Source: Botryllus schlosseri
Lineage: Eukaryota
Direction: 5' to 3'
DNA length: 64,000 nt
NCBI GenBank assembly: GCA_051294905.1
Contig: CM119379.1
Coordinates: 26,846,001 to 26,910,000, forward strand
Shown here: positions 23,084 to 37,089 of the stretch, in pieces
Position numbering within the stretch: position 1 is the stretch's first letter
How the letters are laid out: each line of letters opens with the position of its first letter
Program-made: the position numbers and the translations under genes
The notes under the pieces: model-generated
The model's input: the letters and a program-made list of their open reading frames with translations, nothing else
Told to the model about the DNA's origin: nothing
The model's database searches: none

Positions 23084-26000
23084 GGTTCTTCTGAACTACA
23101 GATAAGTATTACAATTACTGAATTCTAACAACTTGGAAATTGAATGAAATTCCGAATTAGAAGGTAATACAATAACAATCAAGTTCAATTCATATCATAT
23201 CAGAATTAATTCTCATAAGCACGAGAACGGCAAATGTCTGTACATGGAGCTTGGCTCGTTTCGCACTATACAGTTCGTCTGTAGCACTTTCGGGAAAACC
23301 AAAAATTAGATTAGTATGAAAATGTGAGCAATAAGCATAGAAACAATTCGCAAATAAGATTAGAATTAGATTACTCATTAGAAAAGTAGAATTATCTAGT
23401 TGTCCCAGTCTGTCCGCTGTACCATACATTATGAACTATAGCAGTTGGCGCACGGTGATAACTAATAGCAACGAGGCATTTGTCAACCGATCCTTATCGA
23501 TAAGTTTGTTTTTAGTCCCTTTCCGTCTCCTGACCAACCATTCCCACTTAGATTCAACAAGCACAGGGATAAAGCGCACAATACACGCACCGGGGAGAAA
23601 TATCCTGATTACAATCTTTCTGTGTGAAGAGCAATGATATAACGTCCGCAATGTCATAATGATTTATCCCGAAACGTTACGCGGACTCGAATCTCACGGT
23701 GCCGTAAATGACAGACTATTCGTGATGACTGTTTTGGTGACGTTGTGATGTTCTAACAGCGCACAAAGCCTGGGCTTAGTTGATTCCTTTTGTCAGCGAG
23801 GGTGAATTATCTCGCGTGCTCAAGTGGCTTGAACGGCTATTCTTAAGAAAGCGAGCGATGAGTGACTGATAGCTCTTTTTAAGAGATGATGACTGACACC
23901 AACACCTCATCTTGATAATATTCCTCAAGTACCGGCTACGTAAACACAAACGGTGTTGAGTTTATGTTTGACAGGGCTGGAAAATTATTCACGCTTGTGC
24001 GTGCCGTATATATCAGAGCACACATCTTGTGTGTGCGACGCGGATATCTTCCAACTTATGCCGGTGCTTTCCGAGGACAAAATCCACTAGAAACTTCGTA
24101 AGTCTTGCTGTGTGTGCAACGCTTTTGAACTCCGTAATTAAGAATGTACTTGGAGATTCCAAAACGTATTTCAACGTCTGCAGAATATGCTGGATTACAG
24201 GTGCTTTCCAAGGGCGCGGAATACACTAGAACGGAGGTTCCCAGGCTTTTTTTTACACCGGCACCCTTTCAAATTTTTGAAAAATCAATACTCCCTAATT
24301 TTTTCAACCCGTTATCTTCACTCAAAACTGGTTTATACAGTGATCGTTAATAATAATGATGAAGTTACATGTATAAAACGCACGATAAACATGATATACG
24401 TCAATAACATTGTTACATATTCAGTTAATCTGATGAGCTTGTTTGTGGTCTGACAGTGTCTTAATAGCAGGTTTGGTGTGGATATTGAATATCCAAAACA
24501 CTGCCCTGCTTTGTCTTCAGAAGTAACACTGTTGAAAATCCACACTCACAGCGATATGTTGACGGGAATATCAGCGGCAATGGCACGGCAATTTTCTGTA
24601 CTATTTCTGTACTAGTAGTCTTATCCAATTTATTTCTTTTGTCACAATGGAGCATGTGATGAATTTTCTCAAATTCTTTCATGAAAACCAAACGCCAAAT
24701 GCTCATGGCGGCCGGATTGGTAACCCCGGCACTCGAAATTGTACAAATTTTTCTGTGTGTGCATTTCTTTACCCGCCGACAATTGCAACATACTTCGGAG
24801 ATTCCAAAACCTCCGATAGTTGAATTGCTTTACATGAAGTACTTTCAACAGAGGTTATCTGCAATGCAGGAAACAATGGTAGCGTGTAACAAGGCGCCAA
24901 CGACCACTAAAGATATGCCCAGAACAAGGAAACATACCGAAGGTAATTTACACAAAAAGGCGGTCGCGTAAAACACGTCCATGTCTCGTAAACAACTTGC
25001 CGTAGAGACATTGGCCTGTAATGTAGCATGAGTATTGCTGTCAATGAATTGATCGACAGTGATCTGATCCGGTCACCAGACAGCCATTTGAGTTCTGGAC
25101 GCGTATTGGCGTAACCTTACGACGCTATGTGACGTCATAGTGAGGGTGCACAGCGACGACAGTCGCGTCTCTATTGATGAGTTCTGTGGTGAAGAAACAC
25201 CGATTCGCGGAACACCGATTCTTGAAGTTCGTAAGCCAGACTTGGCAAAATTGAGTACCTAACTGCATGATTCGATTATGAATCAAGTATTAGGCTTTGA
25301 GTCGAATAGTGTATTCAAGTATCACTGCTTATGATGTCATAACTGTATGAGAGACGTGGGAAGTTCAAATATGTACCTATTCTGCTATACCACAAAGAAA
25401 ACAATACCAGTTACTTTTGTATTTGTGCTACCTATTTCATTGCACTTTGTGACAATCCTGTGGGTTGATCACGACTTCAAAGACATGTCATTTCCAGTTG
25501 TGTGCGTAGCTTTGGACTACATGTTTCGTATGCTACGATACGACCAATGGAGGATTCTATAGGCTCCAGAGTGGAAAATAGTATCCAAACTTTATCGCTG
25601 ATAAATTTAATTCTCAAGGAGCCTATCATTTCAGTACTCATTATAGCATTAATACTCCATTCAGATTCGATTATTCGAATCACCGTGCCTAGCCTTACTC
25701 ATCAGTCACAGCGCAGAATATTGCTTCTCAAGTGTGATTGCCTCTCCTGTTAGCCCGAAAAGGTGTTTGGTTTCGGATTATCTGCCTTGCAGAGTTCTCG
25801 GGTAACCGCTGTTCGCACGAACGCTAATGACTGTGTGGGAATTTGCACAAAACCCTGTCTTTTACATAATTGATCTCGGGCGATCCGAGGGCTAAAACCT
25901 TTTCACAGTATTCAATCAGCTGTATACGTACACAACTCTTTAAAGGAGCAAGACACCCGAATAGAGATATTTCTGCTAAAAAGTTCCAATTCGAGCACGA

Positions 26001-26185
26001 AGCTCGAAGCTGATCCCGACTTATTTGTATGCAAACAACGCCGCAGGCTTCTCGATTCTTTTTTAATCATCGTACCATTATTACACAATAATTAAACCGG
26101 CTTCGGTGTTTCGATTGAGAGACAATTCCTGGTTTCGAATGTAATGTCGCATGGTTTTGCGAGTGGAAATGGAATTGGTTTCGAG

Positions 26186-26536
26186 CAGAGTTGGAGCTTT
26201 TACAAATTAGATTACAATTAGGATGATAGTTATACATTTTTTTCAAATTAGAATTAGAAAAGCCGAAGTCGCAGATTGAAGTAAATTCCGAATTTGAAAG
26301 AGATAGAACACATATCAATTTCATTCATATCAAATCAATGTTCCTTCTCATTAGCACGAGAATGAAAAATGTCTGTACACCAAGCCTGGCTTATTTCGTA
26401 ATATACAGTTCCTCGGAATCATTTTCAGGACAACCAGAAATTTGATTAGAATTATAATGAGAGCATAGAAACGTTTCACAAATTAGATTATAATTACACC
26501 ACCGTCATTTCGCTCTAATAAGATTGTCCAAGTCTA
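26186..26536 (+). mobile_element. 'AATTAGA' family hAT-like MITE
   Basis: Ends CAGAGTTGG and TTGTCCAAGTCTA. Flanks GTTTCGAG / ATTTCGAA (6/8, transitions only), consistent with a decayed 8-bp TSD. Confidence 0.7.
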
Positions 26537-26954
26537 ATTTCGAAGGAGCTCATGAGAGGAGTTGTGCCTACATTTAACCCACGCTTTGCACTCCTAGGTC
26601 TTAACTTTAGCTTCTACTTTTCCAGTCGTTTAGCGAGAAAATCTCTAGTTTAGTAAATATCAAACAAAGAAGATCAGCGAGGAATGGCATCGTTATTTTG
26701 GCGAGAGGTTCAAGGTCAACGCCACGTCGTCTCGATCGCAAATGTTCTCTTCGACAAACTTGAAGTAACACGATGGAAGGTTTCGCGGAATCCTGATCAG
26801 CCTCTTGCGTAACTGCAGATAGATTAAGTTGGCTTTTAGCGAAGGTAATATCATTCCGAGGCTTTCTGCAAAGCCTAGAGTCGAAAATGACGACATTTTG
26901 TGGACTTAATTCGATCTTGTCGCTTGGTGGAAAAAGCGTTTGCACGCTAGGTTC

Positions 26955-27535
26955 AAGTTCGACAACCAGAAAATTTTCAGGTTTACAAATTTGATTGTAA
27001 TTAGAATTATAGTTACATTGCTTTTTATAAATAACGTTTGAATTAGAATTACTGAATTCGCAAAGGCTTGAAAATTGACTTCAATTCCGAAATTGAAAGT
27101 AATACAGCACAAATCAAGTTTAGTTCATATCAAGTGAAAGTTCCTTGTCAGATCAAATACCTGATTACTAAACACTGGTGTCCATGACTTCCCCGCTTGG
27201 CGCTCATGCATTATTGGGCTAGCATAGAGGGGATGGAGCAAGACGTAGAAAGCCGTGCAAGGCTACATCTGCGCCTTCCTTGTCCAGCGGCATATGCACA
27301 GATCTTGTGTATATGTATGTCATGAGTCGGCGTATAAGCCGCAATAAACATTAGGGACAAAAAATAAAATACGGGCTTTCCTTCCTTTCATAAGCATGGC
27401 AACTGTCTGTATACCGATCTTGGCTCGTTTTGCTCTATAGAGTTCGCCCGTGCCATTTCAGGAAAACGAGGCATTTCACAAATTAGATCAGAATTATATT
27501 ACCGGCATTTCGCTCCAATTAGCATTTCGCATTCG
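26955..27535 (+). mobile_element. 'AATTAGA' MITE interrupted by a 5'-truncated tRNA-SINE (27172-27390)
   Basis: MITE sequence stops near 27150 and resumes near 27390. The insert aligns with the SINE at 51167-51517. Confidence 0.7.
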
Positions 27536-29282
27536 CTCCGAGTCTAGATTACATATTTACCGAATCTTTAAATATTCCTCCCCAAGACCAAAATCGAACA
27601 CGAAACTACACGAACTAGACGAAAGCGAAACAGAATTTCGTTGACAGTGGTGGAAATGTCAACGCAAAATGTTATAGCTTACCCGATTTCTACTGTATAC
27701 CTAATTATTTTCAATAAATGCCGCAAGTGTCACAATTCCATGCGATCATTTGCTTTCAGAGAATGCAACTTAATTGATGAATATCAGACTCACCTTATAT
27801 GACCATAATGTCAGCATAATAGCATAGTACTTACTACTACTGATACGAATGACGTGTCTGATTATACAATCAATCAAAGAAATGGAGAGATCTTTGCACT
27901 TCATGTTTCCAGAGTAATAATCATCGATCATTTTAGTGGCAATCCTTGTTTGGAAATTGTTTGAATTCGTGACATTCCTCGCTACCCACTGTGTCTGGTA
28001 CCGCAACTTACCGCGCCGAATTACTGGCCGGTCGCTGCGTATTAATGGGATGATTACCAATTCCATTTTGTACACCGTAATTACCACATAAGCTTTGCAT
28101 ACTTGACTGTGCAAGTTAAAAGCTATTTGTGCGTTACAGCTTTGCAATCTGTAAGTTGGCAGCAGATAACAATGAAAACTGCCCAAATCGGGAAACAACA
28201 AGATCTGTTACGGAAAACTATACATAACTATGACAAGTCGTGAATTACGTATCAATTGGGAGAGTGCATGAAGAGTAGGAATGCACAGAGTATAGAATGA
28301 CAAGTCATCCAAGAACCTGACAAAATCCAAGAATATGAACATTCCAATATCGATTGTCGTGATTCACAAAGCCTGGGATAGGCACGCACTGTTACATTGT
28401 GGATATTAATAGTATTATGGATAAAATCTGAAATATCTGAACACAAGCTTCTATTTTATGATAGAGTGACGGTCGACGAAATTGAGATTATATATATACA
28501 ACAAAAATATACGTACAAAAATGCCTGTCTCAATTATTAATTTGAACGCACCTATACACGCGTCAGAAGCATTAATTAGATTTGATAATCTGATCACCGA
28601 ATAACCGAATTTGTCACAATTATAGGAATGAAAGATTGTTCGACTCATGCTTGAGGTTGAATGGAGATTTGAATCTGTGAGTGCTAAGCAGCGAGGATTT
28701 GCTTATTCTACTCACAATTTACCTTCACAACAAGGACGCTTGCAGCATCGACCATGTAATTTATTCATTTCTACTTCCACAAATGACTCGCTATGTTTTG
28801 ACATTCTACTGGCTGATGTAAAATGTGTCTTTTCCTTGTCAGTTCAAGGAGCGAACTTTTTGGTAGTAATCCTGATTGTCTGGAACATTTTTTGCAATTC
28901 AGTTGCTTTATTAAGCAGCTCATCGGTTCACAATTGTGACTTGATATGCGTGGTGTCAAAGTGGCGTTTCTAAATTTAGTCTTTAAAATTCTGGAAAGCA
29001 TTCTGTCAATTTCTCATTGAATGCAAATCGTTCCCATAAAAACTTTTCGCTTTTGAGACAGTGCTTTGAATATTATACATTACGTATGAGTTTTACACGT
29101 TACACATCAAATCAATACGGCACACGATCATATCTTATTTTTCACGTACATCATTGACACTAACTTTACTGTGACTTGCTAAACCGCTACCACAAGTTGC
29201 CAATCTAGAATGTCACTTATGATGTGAAGCCGACAAATTCCGTTTTGACGTATTGGAATGTTTAGCAACGGAATTATGTTAC

Positions 29283-29380
29283 TACGTGGGGTTGTCGTGG
29301 TCCGGAAATTGTAATCGAGAAATCAAAAACAATGCCAGATAAGATTATACTTCATCTTCCAGAAGATGAAATGCATTAAG
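29283..29380 (+). pseudogene. Possible RTE-clade LINE reverse-transcriptase relic
   Basis: YVGLSWSGNCNREIK, then a frameshift into FQKMKCI. This resembles the post-RT YLGS...G.C..EI.RRI...A...F.KM segment of RTE LINEs. Short and degraded. Confidence 0.35.
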
Positions 29381-30346
29381 GAAGCGCGGTTAGATAACAT
29401 GTCGTGGTAGTTATAGTTTTCACGCAATTTCGTTTCTTGAGGCTTTCGCGGGACGGACTGCGCCCGCCTTTGTTTTACATTATCGATGTTGATACGACAT
29501 CACCAATAGTATAGCAATCGCAATTAATCTTGGATGTCTCAAGCAATCATCAAATAATTTCCATATGTATCAGAGTTCATTTCTAGTTTCAGTTCTTATC
29601 ATTCATTGCGATATCAAGAGACGCAAACCAGTAGAATGCCCTCCTCCCCCAATCTGTTGGCTGTGAATCAGGGTGATTGAAGTCAGCTGTTCTAATTCTC
29701 ATCCCCTGTCGCTATCGAAATTCAATATTGACCAAACTCACATCACAAAATTTTCCGCCAAGCTTCAAACAAAGCTGCGTTCGGGACAAGAGGTGAGGAA
29801 GTCATACTTCTAAGTGTTGCGTAACGAATGCAAATATGCATAGTTCTACTTATCGAGGTGCTGTTCGAGGAGTCAGTAAGCTACCGGGTGACGTGGATTC
29901 GGAGAAAATCGTCCTGATCCAAAAAGTTAGGACGAATTGCAAACGATGCAGCAATATATCTGTTTGTATTGTAAGCTTAGGCCTGAGATAGTAACGACAA
30001 ACTTATTATTGTTTGACATCATTTTCTTTGTCTGCTATAAGCTATGAGTCGTAAGCGGTGATTCTACTGATTTCTCTCGTATAGCAACTCATAGCTGTCT
30101 CAACATCGTTGTTGTGGTGAATCCAAAAACCACTTTAACTCGCCAACAGTAGGCAAACATTAGTATTTCAGCATCAAAAATCTGCTAAACTCGACGTAGT
30201 GCAAAAACGACACTACTTGAGTGAGTGAAACAAGTAGATGAACCTACATGAGTAAGTGAAGCTCACGATCTTTATCGTTTAAGGATAGGGGTGGCGATAA
30301 AGATAAGTCGACGAGTGAAAAAAATCTGGGAATCAATAGCCTAGAG

Positions 30347-30790
30347 CAGTGGTTCTCAACCTTTTTAGCTTCGCGGACCCCTTTTGACCGTCACGGAACC
30401 TCGCGGACCCCCTCAAGTTTTATTTCAATTTTAGCTCTATTATGGTGCAACCTTCATCTGTCTTGTGCAAATATGAGCTGTAGGCTTGTGATATACAGCA
30501 AAATCACGATTTTTCTGGAAAATAACGTCATACTATTTACGTAGAAATTGGTAGACTTTTATTATTTCAAAGGTAATTTTGCTGCTGTATTTCTTGAGTT
30601 ACGTGGTCGTGTCTTGAAAATCCGCGTCTTCGTTTTGATATGAAGTGCCGAAAACCATTTCCGCAAAGATAGATGGAGGCTAATGTAATATTAACGCATA
30701 ACGCTTCCGACGATACTTTTGGTGTGATCGCAGCATTTATGGCACCAAAATGAAAAAAACATATATTTTATGAACATATCACGTTCAGCA
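30347..30790 (-). mobile_element. Charlie-type hAT fragment: one TIR plus a transposase C-terminal relic
   Basis: TIR CAGTGGTTCTCAACC at 30347, preceded by GCCTAGAG. The minus strand at about 30575-30690 reads LASIYLCGNGF(S)ALHIKTKTR... with frameshifts, like the Charlie/ZBED5 STYLCExGFS..IKTKxRNRL motif. Confidence 0.65.
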
Positions 30791-30827
30791 TCTAGTGCAG
30801 GGACGGGCAACATATGGACCGCGGGCC

Positions 30828-31727
30828 GACTTGAGTCAACTTTTTCGTATGACTTGACTTGACTCGAGTCACTTCGGAAAATTGACTTGACTTGACTTGA
30901 CTCGGAGGTTCAAAAATGTGCATTGACTCGAGACTCGGAGCAAAATTTACGAGTCAATTTCAAGTCATCGAGTAAATGGTGTCGAATAAATCACTGTATC
31001 TTGTGTATGTTCGAATTGTTCGAGATACGCCGGTGTTGTTTGTGAAAGCAACCAGTTATTCACTGATTATACGTTACACTATCCTCTATTGTTATATCAC
31101 AAATAAATGACCGCAAACTAATTGATCACAGCTTACCTTGTCGAAGTGGTAGTAGAAGATTAATCTAAATAGCAATGTGTCTCTGTTTCTTAGACGGCTC
31201 AATGCTTACGTTGCGCAGTGCTCACATTTACCAAGCCTCGTGTATGATTAAAATCGAACAAATATAGGTTGCGCGTTTATATTCTTACGGTTGTGTAGGC
31301 TATTGTACCATATCAATTTGTTTCAACTTCTCGAAGCTTCGTATTAGGTCCTCTATTTAGGCAGATAATAACAGACTGTAGCATGTAGCTGTACAGTTAC
31401 TCACGTATTTTATTAGCGGTTCTACGTGTGCGCCAGGGATACAACGTCTTTTTGCATGTATATTTAACTTGATATTCGTTATTTGATACAAGATAAATGA
31501 CCAATTAATCTGTCTTTCTCACAGCTAGCAAAATTCAATGACTTTGAATCATATCTCATACTTCGAAAATTCAATTTGACTTGAATTGTGACTTGACTCG
31601 TGACTTGACTTGACTTGACTCGACTTGACTCGAGTCACCTCCAAAAAACGAGTGACTTGACTTGACTTGAGTCACCTTTGAAAATCGACTGACTTGACTT
31701 GACTCGTGACTACGTGACAAAGGCCTA
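30828..31727. mobile_element. ~900-bp element with (GACTT)n/GACTCGAGTC arrays at both ends
   Basis: Arrays at 30828-30970 and 31575-31712, right end GTGACAAAGGCCTA. The left end abuts a 30-bp Charlie-like terminus at 30798. Confidence 0.55.
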
Positions 31728-31863
31728 CGACGCTTGCATTTTATCAAACCAAGTTCGCAGTACTATCACAATTCGTCTCAATTGCAATCCATCATGATCA
31801 GGGAAACACCGCGCATGCGATGCAGTCAGACTGTCATATCCATCATTCAGTTTTGTTTACAGC

Positions 31864-31959
31864 CTTCGACGATATCCAGAAAATGCATTCCAAGGTAATG
31901 AGCATTATGAACTTCGACGATATCCAGAAAATGCATTCCAAGGTAATGAGCATTATGAA
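31864..31959 (+). repeat. Perfect 48-bp tandem duplication
   Basis: CTTCGACGATATCCAGAAAATGCATTCCAAGGTAATGAGCATTATGAA, twice. Confidence 0.95.
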
Positions 31960-34299
31960 CAAGGTAAGAACGCATCCTATCATCGCGCCAGTATATGAGT
32001 CGCCAAGACCGATGGGACAGAGACGTGAAGTTCAACGTAACGTCAGCGAGACAACCACTCTTACCAGTGAAGGAATTTCAATTGTCAAAGCCTACGCTGC
32101 ATCAGCCTACGCTAAACGTTAGGCACAGACGCATTAGCAATGGAATGCCTATTGCCTACGCTAGCATTTAACTTTGGATGGAGAAGAGGCTTTGCAAGTG
32201 TGCAGTGTGCATCCACTGATTGCTCATTTTGACGTCAGAAAGCACTCTGTCGGACTAGCACTAGACAGTCCGTCTCACTGGCAAAGGAGCCAGAATAGAT
32301 CAGCCTTCACTGTGAGGCTTCAAGTCGCGACGCGAACACGGAATCGAGAAAGACGCTTATCTGGAATAGTTTACATCGTAGACAGCAATCTTAGGATATC
32401 TGCAAATGGCCCATCTCCATGTATGGAGCCTTCAATCATTACCAGTGCTGCAGACAGAAATAAGCAGCTTTGCGTCGAAAGATATGGAAATAAGGAACAG
32501 CTCAAGAAAAAATGTAAGTCGCATATTTATCCTCAATCCGCGGAAAACGCGTCCCTATGCGATAACGTGCTGACAGACTAACGTAACAATGCCGGCATTG
32601 ACTCGAGAACGCATACCTTTCCACGTAATCCATGTAAGGCCTGCGCGGAGCTAGACCGGTCGATTTTTCTCTGAATTGAGAAAGGATCGATGTCACATCA
32701 GATAAACAAATCTTCCCTTTCTCATTTTGTCATCAACAGTGGAGGTCACCACGTTTGCCACGATATTTATTGTCACTCTTGTCTTCGGATTGATATGGAT
32801 CAAGGACGCGGCGAACGGAACCTTTCGTCAAGCAATCGCACCTTCCTTGAGACCATGCAACGTATCTTCTAGGCGCAATAACGTGTTGAAAGCGTTCCGT
32901 TCCGCTGCGATCACACTTCACAACAAACACGCGACGTTATTCACGTTACGTCTCGCTAATTATGCAATCAAGGCGGGCACAATGATTCGAGTAATCGAAT
33001 CTGAATTGGGTATTAATTCTAATGATTCGAGTCGAGCAATGAGACACGATTTTTTCGATTACTGGAATTAACGCACCTTTTCACTATAGGTTTATTTATC
33101 AACGAGAATCGTAGTTTAGATTCTATATTCCCAACTTGGAAGCCTTGAAACCTCAATTGGTCGTATCACAACATCCTCAACACGTAGTACAAAGCTAGGT
33201 ACATGAGCAGAAAAGACATCTCTGTGAATTCGTGATCAACCCACAACATTGTTAGTTGTTACACATTGCATTTAAATAAGCATGGTCAAAATAATACGCA
33301 ATTATTTTTTTGTGAATTATTATTTCCTCGGTGGTCGCATGAAAGGGGCATACATTTGAACTTTATATGTCAGCCATACTCTTATGATGTTAAGCGTTGA
33401 CGGAAGACGAGCTTCATTCAAATCTCGATTAAATCGCAAGTGATGCTTTTTGTAGTTTTTGCAATGAATTAATAAAGTTACAGGGCTTCCGAATGCATTG
33501 CATTTCCAACTTTTCCTATAGTAGATATAAGAAATGCCGATTCACATGTTCAATTCAATGATCGCCCAAGACCATAAATTTCAGGTGGCATACTCGGCAG
33601 GTAGAGTCAATATTTTCACGATGCCCATAACGATTGTTATTTTAAGGAGAAAGGCGTCTCGTCAAACAGTGCCCATATTCGCTGTCATTGTGACGTTGAC
33701 AATGTCTATCTCGGAAGCGTTTGCTTTGTGTGACTGGTGGGCGTGTTGATACCGCTTGTCCTCGAAGACCACTCGTCTCGGCACGGAAGAATCAACAGCT
33801 TTCTGATTTTCAATCGCAGTTGGCACTTCAATCATGTCAGAGATTGTATTTCACCAGCTGGGCTCTATATTTTACACCGAAATGCTTTATTTTCGAAGAT
33901 CGCTCCTGATTCATGTTGTAGCGATGCGAATAAACATATTTTGTCTCGCTACAGCGAAATAGTTCTTCAGTGTTTCTGTGCTGATCACCTTATACTTACG
34001 TCTCTATGACGTTGACTTTGACGTGTTTGATACATAATCAATCGTTTTGACTTGTTCTTGAAGGAAGATTACAAAATTGACATGAGTGTTTCGATGCTTG
34101 ATCAGCGTGTGAGACGTTTTTCAAAGGCGCGACATGGAAAATGAATTAATGCTCGCGTGGGATACGTTTTGATAATCACGTATTTCGTGGCAGTTGGACC
34201 GTAGGTCTAATTGGGTCCGTCGAGGTTGGTATGAATCATGAATGTTCATTTGAAGAAGTATTCAACTAGGAAGGTTAAATTTACTTGCAATCTCGACGC

Positions 34300-34673
34300 T
34301 AGGATTGCCATATTTTGAAATCCGAAAAAGAAGACACTTATTACAAATCACAAAAGATGAAGTAGCATTCATTAATACGGGCAACGTGGAAATTTTACTG
34401 CTACTATTGATGTGCTGACTAAATAAAGATCGTTTTCCGATTCTACTCCCGAATGACCCCACGCCCCCGCGTATTATGGGTTAGTGTTTACCTTTTTTAG
34501 TGAGCTTTGCCGTCCTAAACCATTATGCCACTTTTAGTTGTCTCTGTACGATCGCATGGTTCTCAAAGCTACAAAGGCAAATTGCAAAAAAGAGGACATT
34601 TGGGCGTCCTCGGAGGATATTTTAGATTTCTTGGAAAAAGGAGGACAAATCCGCCTAGAGGTGGACAACCCTA
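34300..34673 (-). mobile_element. hAT-Blackjack-like MITE, older copy
   Basis: Ends TAGGATTGCCATA and GGACAACCCTA, internal AAAAGAGGACA repeats, reverse copy of 38880-39235. Confidence 0.65.
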
Positions 34674-34874
34674 CATAACGCCAACTAGCAAACAAACACA
34701 TGATAACAAAGTATACATTTTATGGGTTTTAAATAAAAGCGCAAGTCATGCCCTAAATTTTTGTTGAAGTGATGGTTATCTATATACTATAAACGTCTAA
34801 TGCCCGGGCAGAGATTCGTGACATATTTCAACACGTATGTATTTGAATTATCCATTTGGGGTACAGAATTTCAC

Positions 34875-35238
34875 AAGAGCTTCTTGGAGGCACAGAACAT
34901 CAATATACAATTGAATAGTATATTCATATTGAAATGGACCCGAATATTTTCGGCTGACACTCGTCAGGGGTAATCGTCAGCAACTAGTAGAGAATTGGAA
35001 AGAATTGTTGATATACAATGTATTTTCCAATTCTCTACTAGTTGCTGACGAGTGTCAGCCTAAAATATATTCGGGTTCATTTCAATATGAATATACTATT
35101 CAATTAGAATTTCACAATGATATACAATGTTCTTTCCAATTCTCTACTAGTTGCTGATGATTACCCCTGACGAGTGTCAGCCAAAAATATTCGGGTTCAT
35201 TTCAATACGAATATACTATCCGATTAAAATTTCACAAT
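34875..35238. mobile_element. Long-palindrome (foldback-like) MITE with a tandemly duplicated right arm
   Basis: 34908-35105 is a near-perfect inverted repeat with ~95-bp arms. 35119-35238 repeats the right arm. Confidence 0.85.
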
Positions 35239-37089
35239 TACACGAAGCAATAACTCGGTTTATTTATTGACAATAAATTATCACAAAAAGCTTTTCAACT
35301 GACTCTCATCAGAAGCAACGTCAGTATCTTACCACACTATCTTTTAGTTGTTTGTTTTCGTTATTAATACGTCACGGTGACAAAATATTTCAAGCATTTC
35401 GAATTTGATTCACCGCATTACTGACGTTCGCTACTGACAAGATTCGGTCGAAAAGCTTTTAGCGTGTAAATTAACAATATGAAGTTATTGTTTCGTGTAA
35501 TATATGTATTTGCAATATTGCGTTTAAGAATGTTCGCGATGATGTAGACAGCTGCTATATGAGAAAAACGTTACAACGCCAATATAGCATGGTCCCGGAA
35601 TATGGATTTATATTAAAAACATTCTTCAAATAAGTCTGGGTTCCACGAACATAAATAGCTCGACGACTTGACATTATTAAGTATATTTCAACAATAAAGC
35701 AAACTCACGAGATGCTCTTCATAAATCCCAACAGTTCGTATTGTTCTATACCAGTGTTTGTTGTCCTTTTTTTAGTCTTGGCCCACTCTAACTGGTGAAG
35801 AACCACTCCTCTATACATAGCCTTATCGCTCTATCCTATTCCTGTATCGCTTGCACAGCTGAGAATTTCCAAAGCCATTTTATTCTGGCAAAGAATCCCA
35901 GAACAAGTGTACGAGGTCGGATTAAATAAAGCTGTTGAAATGCTATACGACTTTCAAAACGAAATGTGTCGCGTCACTTCGTAGTCACCCTTAAAAAAAC
36001 GCTTTATTTTCGACTTCCGTATGCAACTGTCTTTCACGGGAAAACAATATTGATTTGGAGATGAAAGTGTTCGTTGATTTAAATAATATTAGCGGGTGAC
36101 GTGTCAACTAATTTGAAATCCGGAACAGTGTCACACGACGCATTAATCCGTGGACTAATGAGCATGTGCGATAATAGCGTACGATACTTGGTCATGTGGG
36201 TTAGGGTTAGGTCAAGGTTGGGGTTAGGATATATATATATAGAGAGGGGTTAATTTCAAGGTTAGGGTTAATTATGGGGTAATATCATAAAGTCATATGC
36301 TCAAGTGTCGTTTATCAATGTGCTGCAGGCTCAAATGTGTGGCAACCACGATTAGGACTGGGCAAACTCGAGTACCCGGTTGATTCGATTACTAGTCGGG
36401 TATCCCCTATTATGAAAAATTTGGTACAAAAAACTCTCTTGTGTCCGAAAAGAAAATAATGACAGTCATATGTCATCAAAAATAGTTTCGTGGGACTATG
36501 ACTATATTTCATAGCGCTATTCGATGATGCTAAACGGCTTGATCATTACTCAACAGAAATGTGCTTTGCGTGAATAAACGTAGTCTTGTGCAAAATGTTT
36601 TGGTTACCGAGTTATGACAAACTGATATTTTGAGGTTCCCACGGCGAGAAGAAAGTGTCTAAACTTCATTCCTCGTTGTGTATAATTCTTAGTCGCAACA
36701 CCTGCATTATTTCGTTACCCGAATACATCGATTCTGACTACTCCAATCGCTGTTCCCACCCCTATACACACGATGCGCTGGTGATGTATCATAGTTAGCA
36801 GAGGAAACATCTTTGGAATGTCGAGTATGGTGGATGGACAGACTCAAGTTTAACGACAATGGCACCAGACTTTTCGAAAATACTCTTCATGATTGAAAAT
36901 ATTCGTCACCAAGTGTCGCCTTACATTTTCAAGACCAAATTATTTGGGGGGGGGGGGTATGTTTGTGACGAATCAGTCGCTAATTCCTACAAACCTCGAC
37001 TAAGGGAAGTGTTCACTGTTACCGGTTCATGAAACCGAACGATGGATAATAATCTGTTGGTTTCGATGAGTCGCGTTGACTCCGTATTG

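Noticed and set aside
32174-33071. ORFs 32174-32581 and 32727-33071 (the latter starts with a hydrophobic, signal-anchor-like stretch)
   Set aside because: Non-ATG starts, no domain motif, and no splice structure linking them.
33540-33650. Minus-strand RYGHRENIDSTCRVCHLKF, resembling a zinc-finger start
   Set aside because: A single CxxC bounded by stops. Too little to call a gene or transposase.
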